Under the pieces are notes generated by a model. That model saw only the letters and a list, made by a program, of their open reading frames with translations. It was not told the DNA's origin and made no database searches. Position numbers and translations under genes: made by a program. Positions 38,209 to 47,079 of a DNA stretch of 47,845 nt are shown in pieces. Within the stretch, counting starts at the first letter, position 1, and every line of letters starts with the position of its first letter. The DNA comes from a virus (lineage: Duplodnaviria; Caudoviricetes): IMG/VR virus record IMGVR_UViG_3300048574_000460, positions 1 to 47,845 of that record; one strand, given 5' to 3'.

Positions 38209-38520
38209 TTAAGTGAATTCGTAAGTTCTTCCGGATCCGAAGCTGATTACCTTGACGATAGTGGTAAAAGGTAGATCTTCTGGATGACATTGATCAAGAG
38301 CATTTTTGATTTGTGAGGAGTTGGTGAAAAACTTTCTATCTATGCCTGCATAGTGAAAAAGAATGATGTATCTGTCGGATCCGTGTGGTGTTGTCACATT
38401 TCCCACAAAGTCTTTGACTTCTATTTCGCAATTGACTAGTTCTTGGATTGATGCCGATGGAACGTTGAATTTTTTTACTTCATCTTTTGGTTTGATGTTG
38501 AGTTCAGAAAATTTTCTCAT
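38209..38520 (-). CDS. Small beta-rich protein overlapping the RT stop; candidate DGR accessory factor
   Basis: 103 aa with a 17-nt overlap with the RT; not helical like Avd. Confidence 0.6.
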   Translation of the reverse strand: MRKFSELNIKPKDEVKKFNVPSASIQELVNCEIEVKDFVGNVTTPHGSDRYIILFHYAGIDRKFFTNSSQIKNALDQCHPEDLPFTTIVKVISFGSGRTYEFT

Positions 38521-39490
38521 GGTCTAGGATAGTATTGATAAGATTCTTGGAATTGCAGTGTTTTGCCCACCCGATCCAGGGGGCTATTCGGTGCTTGTAC
38601 TCGGGTGGTGAGATATCAAGCTTATTGATTTTTGCGGCACGTCGGCAGAACCGCTTTTTAATCGATTTTCGCATGAGTATGTGCGAATGAAAGAAAACGT
38701 ACCCAACAAAGTCGATACCTCTGCTATCGACCGGGAACACTTGGTAATTTTGCTTTAGCTGTAGATTTAGTTCCGTGGCCATGTATGCATCGATCTCGGC
38801 CAACAAATTATGGAGATATCGCTTATCCTGATGAAGAATCACCATGTCGTCGGCATATCGGTAGTAATATCGGACGTGCTTCGTTTCCTTGAGCCAATGG
38901 TCGAAGTACGACAGGTATAGGTTGGCGAAGAATTGAGATAGGTAGTTTCCGATCGGAATGCCTGGTGCGGAATCGATGATTTCGTCGAGAAGATCCAGCA
39001 GTCGGTTGTCTTTGATCTTCTTCCGGATAATGGATTTAAGAATGACGTGGTCGATGGATGGATAGAACTTGCGAATGTCCATCTTGAGGCAATGCTTGGT
39101 ACCGGTAATATCTTTCAGGTCACGTTTGATGTGTTTGAGCGCTCCATGGATGCCGCGTTCCTTGATGCAGGCGTAGGTGTTGTTGATGAAGATTGGAACC
39201 CAAATGTTTTCCAGGACATTCATGATTGCATGGTGGACTACTCGATCACGGAATGGAAGGCGGTAGATGATGCGTTCCTTTGGCTCGTAGATGGTGAAGA
39301 TGCTGTACTCTGATGTTCTATAAGAGCCTTGCGTCAGTTCCTCGTTTAACTGCTGTAGGTTGCGATCGGTGTTCTTGTCGAACATCCGAACGCCGTAGGT
39401 TCTAGCCTTTCCTTGTCTGGCCTTGTGATAGGCCAGACGAAGGTTATCAAGACTGGAGATTGAATCGTAAAGATTGTTTACTCGTTTCAT
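38504..39490 (-). CDS. DGR reverse transcriptase (328 aa)
   Basis: Start MKRVNNLY; PKERII, FRDRVVHHA, KMDIRKFYPSI, DGR-type GIPIGNYLSQ, catalytic YADD, GIDFVGY. Confidence 0.96.
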   Translation of the reverse strand: MKRVNNLYDSISSLDNLRLAYHKARQGKARTYGVRMFDKNTDRNLQQLNEELTQGSYRTSEYSIFTIYEPKERIIYRLPFRDRVVHHAIMNVLENIWVPIFINNTYACIKERGIHGALKHIKRDLKDITGTKHCLKMDIRKFYPSIDHVILKSIIRKKIKDNRLLDLLDEIIDSAPGIPIGNYLSQFFANLYLSYFDHWLKETKHVRYYYRYADDMVILHQDKRYLHNLLAEIDAYMATELNLQLKQNYQVFPVDSRGIDFVGYVFFHSHILMRKSIKKRFCRRAAKINKLDISPPEYKHRIAPWIGWAKHCNSKNLINTILDHEKIF

Positions 39491-39589
39491 GCTTTGTTTT
39501 CTATTCGGAGCGTTCGCTTGCGCTACCAGCACCTTTTGAATGATTTGTTTTTTGCCTAGTGGCATGGCCTCCATCTTTGAAAAACGTTC

Positions 39590-39672
39590 ACATAGGTGGG
39601 AGGTGTCGCCCGCATTCGCATTCGAATCGTTGTAATTCGTATCGTTGAACGAGAACCCGGAGGGGGAACACC
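39590..39672 (-). repeat. DGR template repeat (TR)
   Basis: 83 bp upstream of the RT, rich in AAY codons; differs from both VRs almost only at TR adenines. Confidence 0.95.
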
Positions 39673-39695
39673 TCAAAGACGAACAGCCGATTGGC

Positions 39696-40064
39696 TTATT
39701 TTTTCAAGGCGTCCTCATAAATTTTGGTGAAGGTCTTTCCTGCATGCGCTGCGTGCTCGCGTTTTACGAAACAAAGGCGGGAGGCGCCGCCCGCATACGC
39801 AAACGAATCGAGGCAATACGCAACGTCGAACGAGACCCCGGAGGGGGAACACCAAAAGTATGGAATGTACTTTCTTTGATTTTGATTATTCCAGTCAAGC
39901 TTAACTTTACCATTAGCTGCTTCAGCGATACACATCTGCATGTAATGGTTCTGAAATTGTGCGCGGAGGTCTTCCGGCAATTCGTTGAATTCGGGGACTG
40001 ATGGGCGACCGGTTACTTCAAGGATCTCTTCGAAAGTGGTGATGTCTAAAAAATTCTTTTTCAT
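39696..40064 (-). CDS. DGR target protein 1 (122 aa)
   Basis: Contains VR1; paralog of 40093-40572. Confidence 0.92.
   Translation of the reverse strand: MKKNFLDITTFEEILEVTGRPSVPEFNELPEDLRAQFQNHYMQMCIAEAANGKVKLDWNNQNQRKYIPYFWCSPSGVSFDVAYCLDSFAYAGGASRLCFVKREHAAHAGKTFTKIYEDALKK
39771..39853 (-). repeat. DGR variable repeat VR1
   Basis: 15 mismatches to TR over 83 bp, 14 of them at TR adenines. Confidence 0.95.
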
Positions 40065-40092
40065 GATGAATTTGTATTATTCCTTTCGGCGG

Positions 40093-40572
40093 TTATTGGT
40101 TAGCAATGGTTTCATAAACTTCAGGGGCTATTTCAAAAGCCTTCTTCGCGGACGCTGCGTCTAGGAACAAAAGGCGGGAGGCGTCGCCCGCATACGCATC
40201 CGAACCGCAGTAATACGTAACGCGGAACGAGAACCCGGAGGGGGAACACCCCAGCCATGCCTGGTAGCGTTTTTGATCGGGGTTTCTCATGCTTAGACGT
40301 TCGGATCCGTTGAAGGCTTTGGCTACTACGGCACCACGATAAAGACCAAGGAGCCATTCGTGAAATTCTTCCGGTATGTCTGAAATGTCGTTGACTTTTG
40401 GAAGATCAGCTTCCTCGTAGCAGTCATCCATACAGGTGACGCGTTCGATGAATGGAGCGGATAAGGCTTCTTTACCGAATAGCACTTCAAATTCTTTCTT
40501 GGCTTCTATGGAAGCTGTTTTGTACAAGCTTTTGGCAAGCTCGACGGATAGGGTTACTTTCTCTTTTTTCAT
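40093..40572 (-). CDS. DGR target protein 2 (159 aa)
   Basis: Contains VR2. Confidence 0.92.
   Translation of the reverse strand: MKKEKVTLSVELAKSLYKTASIEAKKEFEVLFGKEALSAPFIERVTCMDDCYEEADLPKVNDISDIPEEFHEWLLGLYRGAVVAKAFNGSERLSMRNPDQKRYQAWLGCSPSGFSFRVTYYCGSDAYAGDASRLLFLDAASAKKAFEIAPEVYETIANQ
40170..40250 (-). repeat. DGR variable repeat VR2
   Basis: 12 mismatches to TR (39592-39672) over 81 bp, all at TR adenines. Confidence 0.95.
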
Positions 40573-40599
40573 TGTTGTTTCTTATTTTTGGTTAGATAT

Positions 40600-40806
40600 T
40601 CATGAAATTCTATGGATCTTTATAATTCGACGATTATTAACATGATCACACCGGCTGATCAATGATATGACATTCTTCTTTTTTAGCTTTTCCAGGGCTT
40701 TAGATCTTGCTTCGAATATGTCATTTGCTTTAATAGTATAATCCACCGTATTAAGCTCAATTGTGACCTTGTAAGTGTTGCTTCCTGTTTCTTTATTTGT
40801 TTTCAT
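40600..40806 (-). CDS. Hypothetical protein
   Basis: 68-aa ORF overlapping the upstream gene by 4 nt. Confidence 0.55.
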   Translation of the reverse strand: MKTNKETGSNTYKVTIELNTVDYTIKANDIFEARSKALEKLKKKNVISLISRCDHVNNRRIIKIHRIS

Positions 40807-40988
40807 GAGGTCGTTGTGTCGTATGATTTTGAGTTAATTCCCTTTCTTACATCCTTATCGTGTCGCGTCTCCAAAATGGTTCCATAGTCGCAACATGTGC
40901 ATTGATAGAAGTAGAGATCGGGAGTTGTGTCACTAGATTCCGTAGTACGCTTTCTACGCATTCTAGAGCCGTCAATTGGGCAATTCAT
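40803..40988 (-). CDS. Small zinc-ribbon-like protein
   Basis: CPIDG...YQCTCC pattern. Confidence 0.5.
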   Translation of the reverse strand: MNCPIDGSRMRRKRTTESSDTTPDLYFYQCTCCDYGTILETRHDKDVRKGINSKSYDTTTS

Positions 40989-40996
40989 AATCAGAT

Positions 40997-41371
40997 CTAA
41001 ACTTTGATAAGTGGATTATCTATGGTTTTTTCTGATTGATCGTGATAAAAAAGTACCATCTGTTGAGCGGACAGACGCATAATATCGGTAATGAAGTCTC
41101 TCACAGAAGCAGAGTAGGATGATGTCTTGTTGACCACGTTTCGGAAGGATAGAATAAGGGCATCGGATCTAAGAAGATTATTGGCTTCTAGAAATTCATA
41201 GGGCCCACGCTTTAGTTTGGTGGGAAATATGCGTTCGAATTTAATGTCGGCCTCGTGTGCTTTGCGAAGGGCTTCGGCGCGAGCCTGCTTGATGCGGGAG
41301 ATGTGCAGATCCACTTCGATGGGGAACCTGGGGTTCGTGAGAATGTTTTCTAGCGTTGTGAAATCGTTCAT
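40997..41371 (-). CDS. Hypothetical protein
   Basis: 124-aa ATG ORF 12 nt after the primase stop. Confidence 0.6.
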   Translation of the reverse strand: MNDFTTLENILTNPRFPIEVDLHISRIKQARAEALRKAHEADIKFERIFPTKLKRGPYEFLEANNLLRSDALILSFRNVVNKTSSYSASVRDFITDIMRLSAQQMVLFYHDQSEKTIDNPLIKV

Positions 41372-41383
41372 TGTCTTGAAGTT

Positions 41384-44300
41384 TTAGAAGGGTAAATCTT
41401 GGGTTATGGATTCGGTGTTGTCTTCGGAATCGGTGCGTTCCAAGTCGAGGTCGTACAGGTTGCGGAAGGTTGTGTAGTCGAGGGCGATGCATGAGGCCAT
41501 TTCGACCTGTTCTTTCATGACCTGGATCATGGTCATGTTGACCGGTGTGGTGTCGTCTTTCTCGCGCTTGGAAACTTCGCCTGCAGGAACCTGGTTGACT
41601 TCTCTCCAGCGGAAGCGTCGGGAGTTGATGGCGCCGATGTATGCCGGGCTTGAACGGAGGTTCTGGTCGATGGTGGTCTGTGTGGCGTTCTCGGTATTAT
41701 AGGTGCTGCGGGCAAAGTGAGTGTGGATATTTGATACACGCAGGAACAAGACTTTCGTTCCGGCTGGCATGACAAGCTCTTTCTTTTCGTTGCCCGGCAA
41801 CTTGATGGTAAGCTTTGCCGGTTCCTCGATACTGAAGTCGCGCCCAGGTATGATGGTCTTTGTGTAAAGCATTACCCCCATGGCTTTGAAGAAGGTGGAT
41901 AGCTTGTCGGAATGGCTGATGAGTTCGACCTGAGAAATGACTTTCTTAACGGCCAGCTGGAAAAACTCGTCGTAGGTGAATGGGAATTCAAGGTGTTTGG
42001 CGTGTTCGGTAATGATTTTAAGCGTAGTCAGGAACAGGGTTACTGTGTTGACGATACGGACCATGTCACCGGAAGCGTTGGCTTCGTTGACTAGGACTAC
42101 GGCAGAGAGTTCCTTGGATATTTCGCGCTTCATGGCATAGAAATGCTTCCGGATGAGCGGGCGTAGCTTGAGAACTTCGAACAGGACGTTGCTGAGCCCT
42201 TGTTTTTCGTAGTCCTTTAGTTTGCTGAAGAGTGCGCGTTCGTCCTCGGTGAAGGCTCCCATACGTGGCACTTCGCATACGATGATGCGGTTCATCAGGG
42301 CATTGTCGTCTCGTTGCGGTGTTTCTTGGCCGGCGATGATGACGGGTGCATAGATCTTGTCGGTTTCGATTTCCTTGCCGGACGTTCCTTTGCGTTTCTG
42401 GCGTCCGTCACCGTCGTAGGTAATGGATTTTAAGCCCTGAAATTTGATGTCGGAGATGTCTTTGTTGTTGTATTCCTCCAACACGACCGGAACGTCCCTG
42501 AAGCCTCCCATGAGCGTGGAGAAGGCTGCATCCGACCCTGTACAAAGGTTGAAGAGTCCCATTTCGGGGAAAATGTACAGGCTGCGTATGGAAACGGCAA
42601 TTTGCGTCTTACCGGACTGCGTTGGTCCCATGAAAAAAATGGCGGTAAAGAACCGGTCGATGGAGTGTATATCGGATCTGAAGGCGCACATGATGGCGTA
42701 TATGAGTGCCCACTTGCCGTTGTCATTGATGTGATAGACTTGGTTCATGAGTTGTGCCCATTGCTTGAAGCTGCATTGCTTTTCCTGTGGCAGATCCACG
42801 TACCTGAAGTTTCGAAGGGCTTCGAACTTGTCGTCATCCTTGCGGGCTTCGCTGTAGATCTTGGAGAAGGCGGGTAGATAATAGTTCTTACCGTTGTGGC
42901 TGGCAACGCCAAGTTCATCGACCTGTACGACTTCGGGAATACCATCGTTATCGTGGTAGATGGCGTTGGAGAAAGCATAGAAGTTCTCGGTCTGTTGGCC
43001 GTAGATGCTGATGGGCCTGCAGGTGGTGTACTTGCGAGACATGCAGCTCTTGATGTGTGTCCAGTGGTTGTCGGTCCCGTTGTCGAAGTTCATGGCTTCG
43101 CGCATGATGATGACCTCTTCCATGGTGCTGCGCTTGAGCAGGGACTTTGATTTGAATTCCATGTAGAATGGATTCTGGTAGTAGGCGCGGTTGATCTGGA
43201 AGATGCGTCGGTTCTGTTCGGGATCGTCGTCCTCTATGTGAAGGAGTGGTACCATGTAGAAATCGGCGACGCGGGTATGTCCTCCCTTGTCGTTTTTGAA
43301 CATGTAGGCCACCGGCTTGCCTTCACCGTTGATGAGTGGGAAGTATCCGTAGTTGTCGTACATCTCGGAATATTCCTTGTTCTCATCCACATAATCGGGC
43401 TTTACGTTTGGGTCTATGATGCTCAGGATGTTGTCGGGACGTTGGGCGTTGAAGGCCAGACGGCTCTTGCGTTTGTTGATGAACGGCGCTAGGATTTCCT
43501 TGTACTGTCCGGCTGTAAGTCCGAGAAGGTCCGCGTAGTGCTTCGAATTGACGGCGCGTTCGGTGTCGGAGGCAAAGCTGATAATGTCGAAGCAGCGTTC
43601 GATATAGGTGGAACGGTTTACGGCATCCTTCTCGATTACCTTTTGATATTGGGTGAGGTAGAAGTTCAGGAAGGTATGTTCAATGCTCTTGGTATCGCCA
43701 CTCAGATAGTTGACCAAATCGGTTACGCGCAGTTCGGTAATGCCGTTTCGATAGCAGTCCACCAGGGAGCGCATGTAATCGGATTCCCTGCCGTCGTTTA
43801 CCTGCAGTTGTTCATTGATGGGCACGATCTCGGACTTTTCGTCGGTGATTTGCTTTTCAACCTTCTCGTTGATCACACTGAAGGCTGCAGCCAGGTTGCG
43901 GAGCTCCTGGATCTGATACAGTTCGGCATGTCCATGGATGTATACTGTGGGAAGTTCGGAGTAGTCGGCCATGAACTGCTCGAAGTCGTTGGTGATGCAG
44001 ACTGTTCCGTTATCCGGTAGTGTTGCTTTAATCTGATCCAATCCGTAGATGCCTGGTTTCATGACATCGACCGTCTTTGGGAATCGGCGACGGATCTCGC
44101 GTATTTTTTTCCTGGCAATAGTAAGGTCGTCTGATTCGTTGAACAGGGATGAAAGGATTTTTGCGTATTGATTGCGTTGTGATTCGTCGGAGACTTCGGC
44201 AACCAGTTCGGCAATGGTGGTATATGCTTCCTTTGAAGCAACCGGATCATCCGGATGGGTGTTGAGGATGTTGGAAAAGTAGGTGACGAAATCGGTGGTG

Positions 44301-45364
44301 TGGGTGATCAACCAGGCTTCCGTTTTTTCACCCAATTCGGTGGCCAGATTGTCGGGATCCTGGCCTTCTGGAAGTCCGATGCATCGGACGGACATCCCTG
44401 CATGAAGCAACTCCTTGCAGTTCTTGAGTGACGCCTTTATTCCAGCTTTATCGCAGTCATAGACGGTGGTCACGTTTCGGGTGAAGCGTGAAATGAGCTT
44501 GATTTGCTCCTGTGCCAAGGCGGTTCCGGATCCGGCAATGGTGTTGATGATGCCTTCGCGGTGGAAGGTCATGACATCGAACTGGCCTTCTACCAGGTAG
44601 GCATTATCCTTACGGCTGATCTCTGCGCGTGCCTGGAACAATCCGAAGATTGCACGGCTCTTGCTGAACAATGCTGTGTCGCCGGTATTGATGTACTTGC
44701 CGGTATCTTTCTTGGCCTTGACCATGCGTCCGGAAAAACCTATGGGTCGACCGTTAAGGTCTAGGAATGGGAAAAGTACGCGGTCCCGGAAGGTATCGTA
44801 AGCTCCATGCTCACCGTCCTTGGAAACATCTATCTTGATCAGGTTTTCAATCGTATAACCGGCTTTTGGAAGGTCTTTGGTGGTGCCGTTGCCTTCGGGA
44901 GCGTAACCGACACGGAAATCTTTAAGGATTTGGTCTGTGAGTTCATAACCGCGTTGTGCAAGGTATTCCTTGGCCAAGGGTAGGTTTTGCTGGAAATGGT
45001 TCGTGGCTGCCTCGATGGTTATTTGGAGCGCTTCGCGTTCCTTGGATCGACGGACATCCTCCGGAGAAGCTTCTCGGTCTTCGTACTCGATGCCGACCCT
45101 GTTTGCACACCACTTAACAGCTTCGGAAAAGGTGAGCATCTCATGCTTCTGCAGGAACTCGAAGACATCCCCTCCGGCACCACAGGCAAAACATTTGCAA
45201 GTCTGTTTAACCGGGCTCACATAAAATGATGGAGATTTATCGTCATGGAAGGGACATACGCCAACAAGGTTTTTACCGGCACGTCTTAGTGTGAGTTTAT
45301 CACCAATCACCTCGACGATATCTACGGAGTTACGTATGCGTAATTTGAGTTCTTCTGGAATCAT
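41384..45364 (-). CDS. DnaG-type primase fused to a C-terminal P-loop helicase
   Basis: CHC2 zinc finger CPFHDD..CFAC, KYINT, TOPRIM VEGQFD and YDCDKAG, DPD; C-terminal GPTQSGKT and VVLEE. Confidence 0.92.
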   Translation of the reverse strand: MIPEELKLRIRNSVDIVEVIGDKLTLRRAGKNLVGVCPFHDDKSPSFYVSPVKQTCKCFACGAGGDVFEFLQKHEMLTFSEAVKWCANRVGIEYEDREASPEDVRRSKEREALQITIEAATNHFQQNLPLAKEYLAQRGYELTDQILKDFRVGYAPEGNGTTKDLPKAGYTIENLIKIDVSKDGEHGAYDTFRDRVLFPFLDLNGRPIGFSGRMVKAKKDTGKYINTGDTALFSKSRAIFGLFQARAEISRKDNAYLVEGQFDVMTFHREGIINTIAGSGTALAQEQIKLISRFTRNVTTVYDCDKAGIKASLKNCKELLHAGMSVRCIGLPEGQDPDNLATELGEKTEAWLITHTTDFVTYFSNILNTHPDDPVASKEAYTTIAELVAEVSDESQRNQYAKILSSLFNESDDLTIARKKIREIRRRFPKTVDVMKPGIYGLDQIKATLPDNGTVCITNDFEQFMADYSELPTVYIHGHAELYQIQELRNLAAAFSVINEKVEKQITDEKSEIVPINEQLQVNDGRESDYMRSLVDCYRNGITELRVTDLVNYLSGDTKSIEHTFLNFYLTQYQKVIEKDAVNRSTYIERCFDIISFASDTERAVNSKHYADLLGLTAGQYKEILAPFINKRKSRLAFNAQRPDNILSIIDPNVKPDYVDENKEYSEMYDNYGYFPLINGEGKPVAYMFKNDKGGHTRVADFYMVPLLHIEDDDPEQNRRIFQINRAYYQNPFYMEFKSKSLLKRSTMEEVIIMREAMNFDNGTDNHWTHIKSCMSRKYTTCRPISIYGQQTENFYAFSNAIYHDNDGIPEVVQVDELGVASHNGKNYYLPAFSKIYSEARKDDDKFEALRNFRYVDLPQEKQCSFKQWAQLMNQVYHINDNGKWALIYAIMCAFRSDIHSIDRFFTAIFFMGPTQSGKTQIAVSIRSLYIFPEMGLFNLCTGSDAAFSTLMGGFRDVPVVLEEYNNKDISDIKFQGLKSITYDGDGRQKRKGTSGKEIETDKIYAPVIIAGQETPQRDDNALMNRIIVCEVPRMGAFTEDERALFSKLKDYEKQGLSNVLFEVLKLRPLIRKHFYAMKREISKELSAVVLVNEANASGDMVRIVNTVTLFLTTLKIITEHAKHLEFPFTYDEFFQLAVKKVISQVELISHSDKLSTFFKAMGVMLYTKTIIPGRDFSIEEPAKLTIKLPGNEKKELVMPAGTKVLFLRVSNIHTHFARSTYNTENATQTTIDQNLRSSPAYIGAINSRRFRWREVNQVPAGEVSKREKDDTTPVNMTMIQVMKEQVEMASCIALDYTTFRNLYDLDLERTDSEDNTESITQDLPF

Positions 45365-45753
45365 TTTTCTTCAGTATCAAAAATGGATAGCTGTCGTGAG
45401 TCGAAAGCCTCTTGGATGGAAACATTGAAATGGGTGGCAATGATCACATACTCTTCGGGAGTTGGCGCTTTACGACCGTAGTAAAGATCCCACCATCGTG
45501 CGGTGGTCAACCCGATGGCCTCGTAGAAGGACTTATTAGGTGTGAAATATGACGGATTTGTAAATTTCATCTTGAGAAGTTCGAGTATTACGTTTCTCTT
45601 GACAGAAGGTATGGCCAAACGATGACGGTGCATGAATTGCTGAACAGCTGCATAGGATTTGATCAGCGTGTCGGCCATTTCTTCGATGGTCATCGTCGTA
45701 TAGTTATTCTTGACAAATTCAATTTGTTCGGGTGTCCAGGCTCCGTTATTCAT
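45361..45753 (-). CDS. HTH-containing protein
   Basis: Probable start MNNGAWTPEQIEF (Myb-like) plus a second XRE-like helix pair. Confidence 0.65.
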   Translation of the reverse strand: MNNGAWTPEQIEFVKNNYTTMTIEEMADTLIKSYAAVQQFMHRHRLAIPSVKRNVILELLKMKFTNPSYFTPNKSFYEAIGLTTARWWDLYYGRKAPTPEEYVIIATHFNVSIQEAFDSRQLSIFDTEEK

Positions 45754-46106
45754 ATGCTTGTAAATTCTTTGGTTCGGTATAAGTAAGTCCAATCATCAGA
45801 AAATTTTACCCCGCAGTTGTCTATGCCTCCGTGTTCGAGAATATACTCGCAGGCTATCTTGACAAATAGCTCTTGATTCTCTTCGGAAATTTTTGTTAGA
45901 TCGTACCGACACTGTGGCCTTAAATTCTCAATTGCCTTATAGACCCGGGTGGTAAAATCCCAATATGCATCAGCACCCATCTGTTCGTAGTACCTGTGAA
46001 ACCATCCCCAATCGTTGAGACAGTAACGTTCGAGTCCGATGGCACCGGAAGGAACTGTAGTAGCATTCGAAGTATTCTGAAAAGAGTTGAATGTTGTGTT
46101 CGTCAT
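45750..46106 (-). CDS. Hypothetical protein
   Basis: 118-aa ORF in the early operon. Confidence 0.6.
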   Translation of the reverse strand: MTNTTFNSFQNTSNATTVPSGAIGLERYCLNDWGWFHRYYEQMGADAYWDFTTRVYKAIENLRPQCRYDLTKISEENQELFVKIACEYILEHGGIDNCGVKFSDDWTYLYRTKEFTSI

Positions 46107-46152
46107 ACTGATCCGGTTTTTGTATTCTTTCGTATAAACCTACCTAGGCTGT

Positions 46153-46422
46153 TTATGATTGGCAGAAATCAGTAAATAGGTCTGAAATCTCCTGCATAAA
46201 TGAGGCATTGATGCGAGCTGGAGGAACAATGTATACCGGTGATTCAACCGTATGAAGCTCAAATATTTTGATGGAAAAACCACGCTCCTCGATGAGCCCA
46301 TTCAATCGAACAACTTCACTCACCGGCAATCGGCATCTAAGGCAAATGAGATCACAATCTGTGTCATAAGAGACTCCTATGGACCTTTGTTCGTCAGGTG
46401 ATGAAACAGTGAAATCGGTCAT
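46153..46422 (-). CDS. Hypothetical protein
   Basis: 89-aa ORF with a 4-nt overlap upstream. Confidence 0.5.
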   Translation of the reverse strand: MTDFTVSSPDEQRSIGVSYDTDCDLICLRCRLPVSEVVRLNGLIEERGFSIKIFELHTVESPVYIVPPARINASFMQEISDLFTDFCQS

Positions 46423-46721
46423 ATTACAATAGAGTCTAGAAGTTGTTTGATTTCATCAATTAGATTTGAGGAGTCATTACCTTCTTTTATCAATACCGCT
46501 ATGCCACCACTCTCATCATCATGACGCTGAATGCATGTTATCTGATTGACACAATCAAGATCTTCAATCATATCAACGAGGCGCGTTTTACGAATTGGGT
46601 TGAACCCAGTGTAGATGTTCACATAGCCTTTCTCGTTCATCTTACCGATGACGAACAGAAGCCCCTTTTTTTCGATTCTCTGGGATGGTGATTCCATGAT
46701 TATTGTATTAAAAAAAATCAA
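46419..46721 (-). CDS. Hypothetical protein
   Basis: About 92-100 aa; start may be the internal MESPS. Confidence 0.5.
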   Translation of the reverse strand: MIFFNTIIMESPSQRIEKKGLLFVIGKMNEKGYVNIYTGFNPIRKTRLVDMIEDLDCVNQITCIQRHDDESGGIAVLIKEGNDSSNLIDEIKQLLDSIVI

Positions 46722-47079
46722 TTAAGTCTAGTTCGTTTTTTCGCGCTCTAACCCTTGATCTAACTCTTACCGCTCTTGAAATGGCCGGTCGTAATATGGT
46801 TGCATTTGCCACCATCACTTCTGATGGTAGTAGTATCACCAATAGGGTGATCGCAATGATCTTGCGTTTTAATGGAGAGAGCGAAGATGAAATGTTGAAT
46901 TGGTGGCAGAAATACCAGGCGGATAATTCAGTCGCTTTTGTGATTCCAAGCTTACGATAGATGTTCTTCAGATGATTGGCCACGGTGTCGTTATCAATGT
47001 ACAGCAGGGAGGCAATCTCTTTCTGTGATGCACCCCATGCGACATACTCCGCAATCTCCAACTCTCTGCGAGTCAACAT
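46708..47079 (-). CDS. LuxR/GerE-type HTH protein with a hydrophobic segment and Arg-rich tail
   Basis: LTRRELEIAEYVAWGASQKEIASLLYIDNDTVANHLKNIYRKLGI. Confidence 0.88.
   Translation of the reverse strand: MLTRRELEIAEYVAWGASQKEIASLLYIDNDTVANHLKNIYRKLGITKATELSAWYFCHQFNISSSLSPLKRKIIAITLLVILLPSEVMVANATILRPAISRAVRVRSRVRARKNELDLIDFF

Noticed and set aside
38504-39490. RT as a group II intron, retron or Abi RT
   Set aside because: It has the IGxxxSQ motif, no maturase or endonuclease domain, no VTG retron motif, and a TR/VR set directly adjacent.
39491-39676. The 390-aa RT call starting at 39676
   Set aside because: The first 62 codons are TR and spacer; RT-like sequence begins at ATG 39490.
39590-40250. 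Three ~82-bp repeats as CRISPR or a simple duplication
   Set aside because: They are too long, two lie inside ORFs, and mismatches are confined almost entirely to adenines of one copy.
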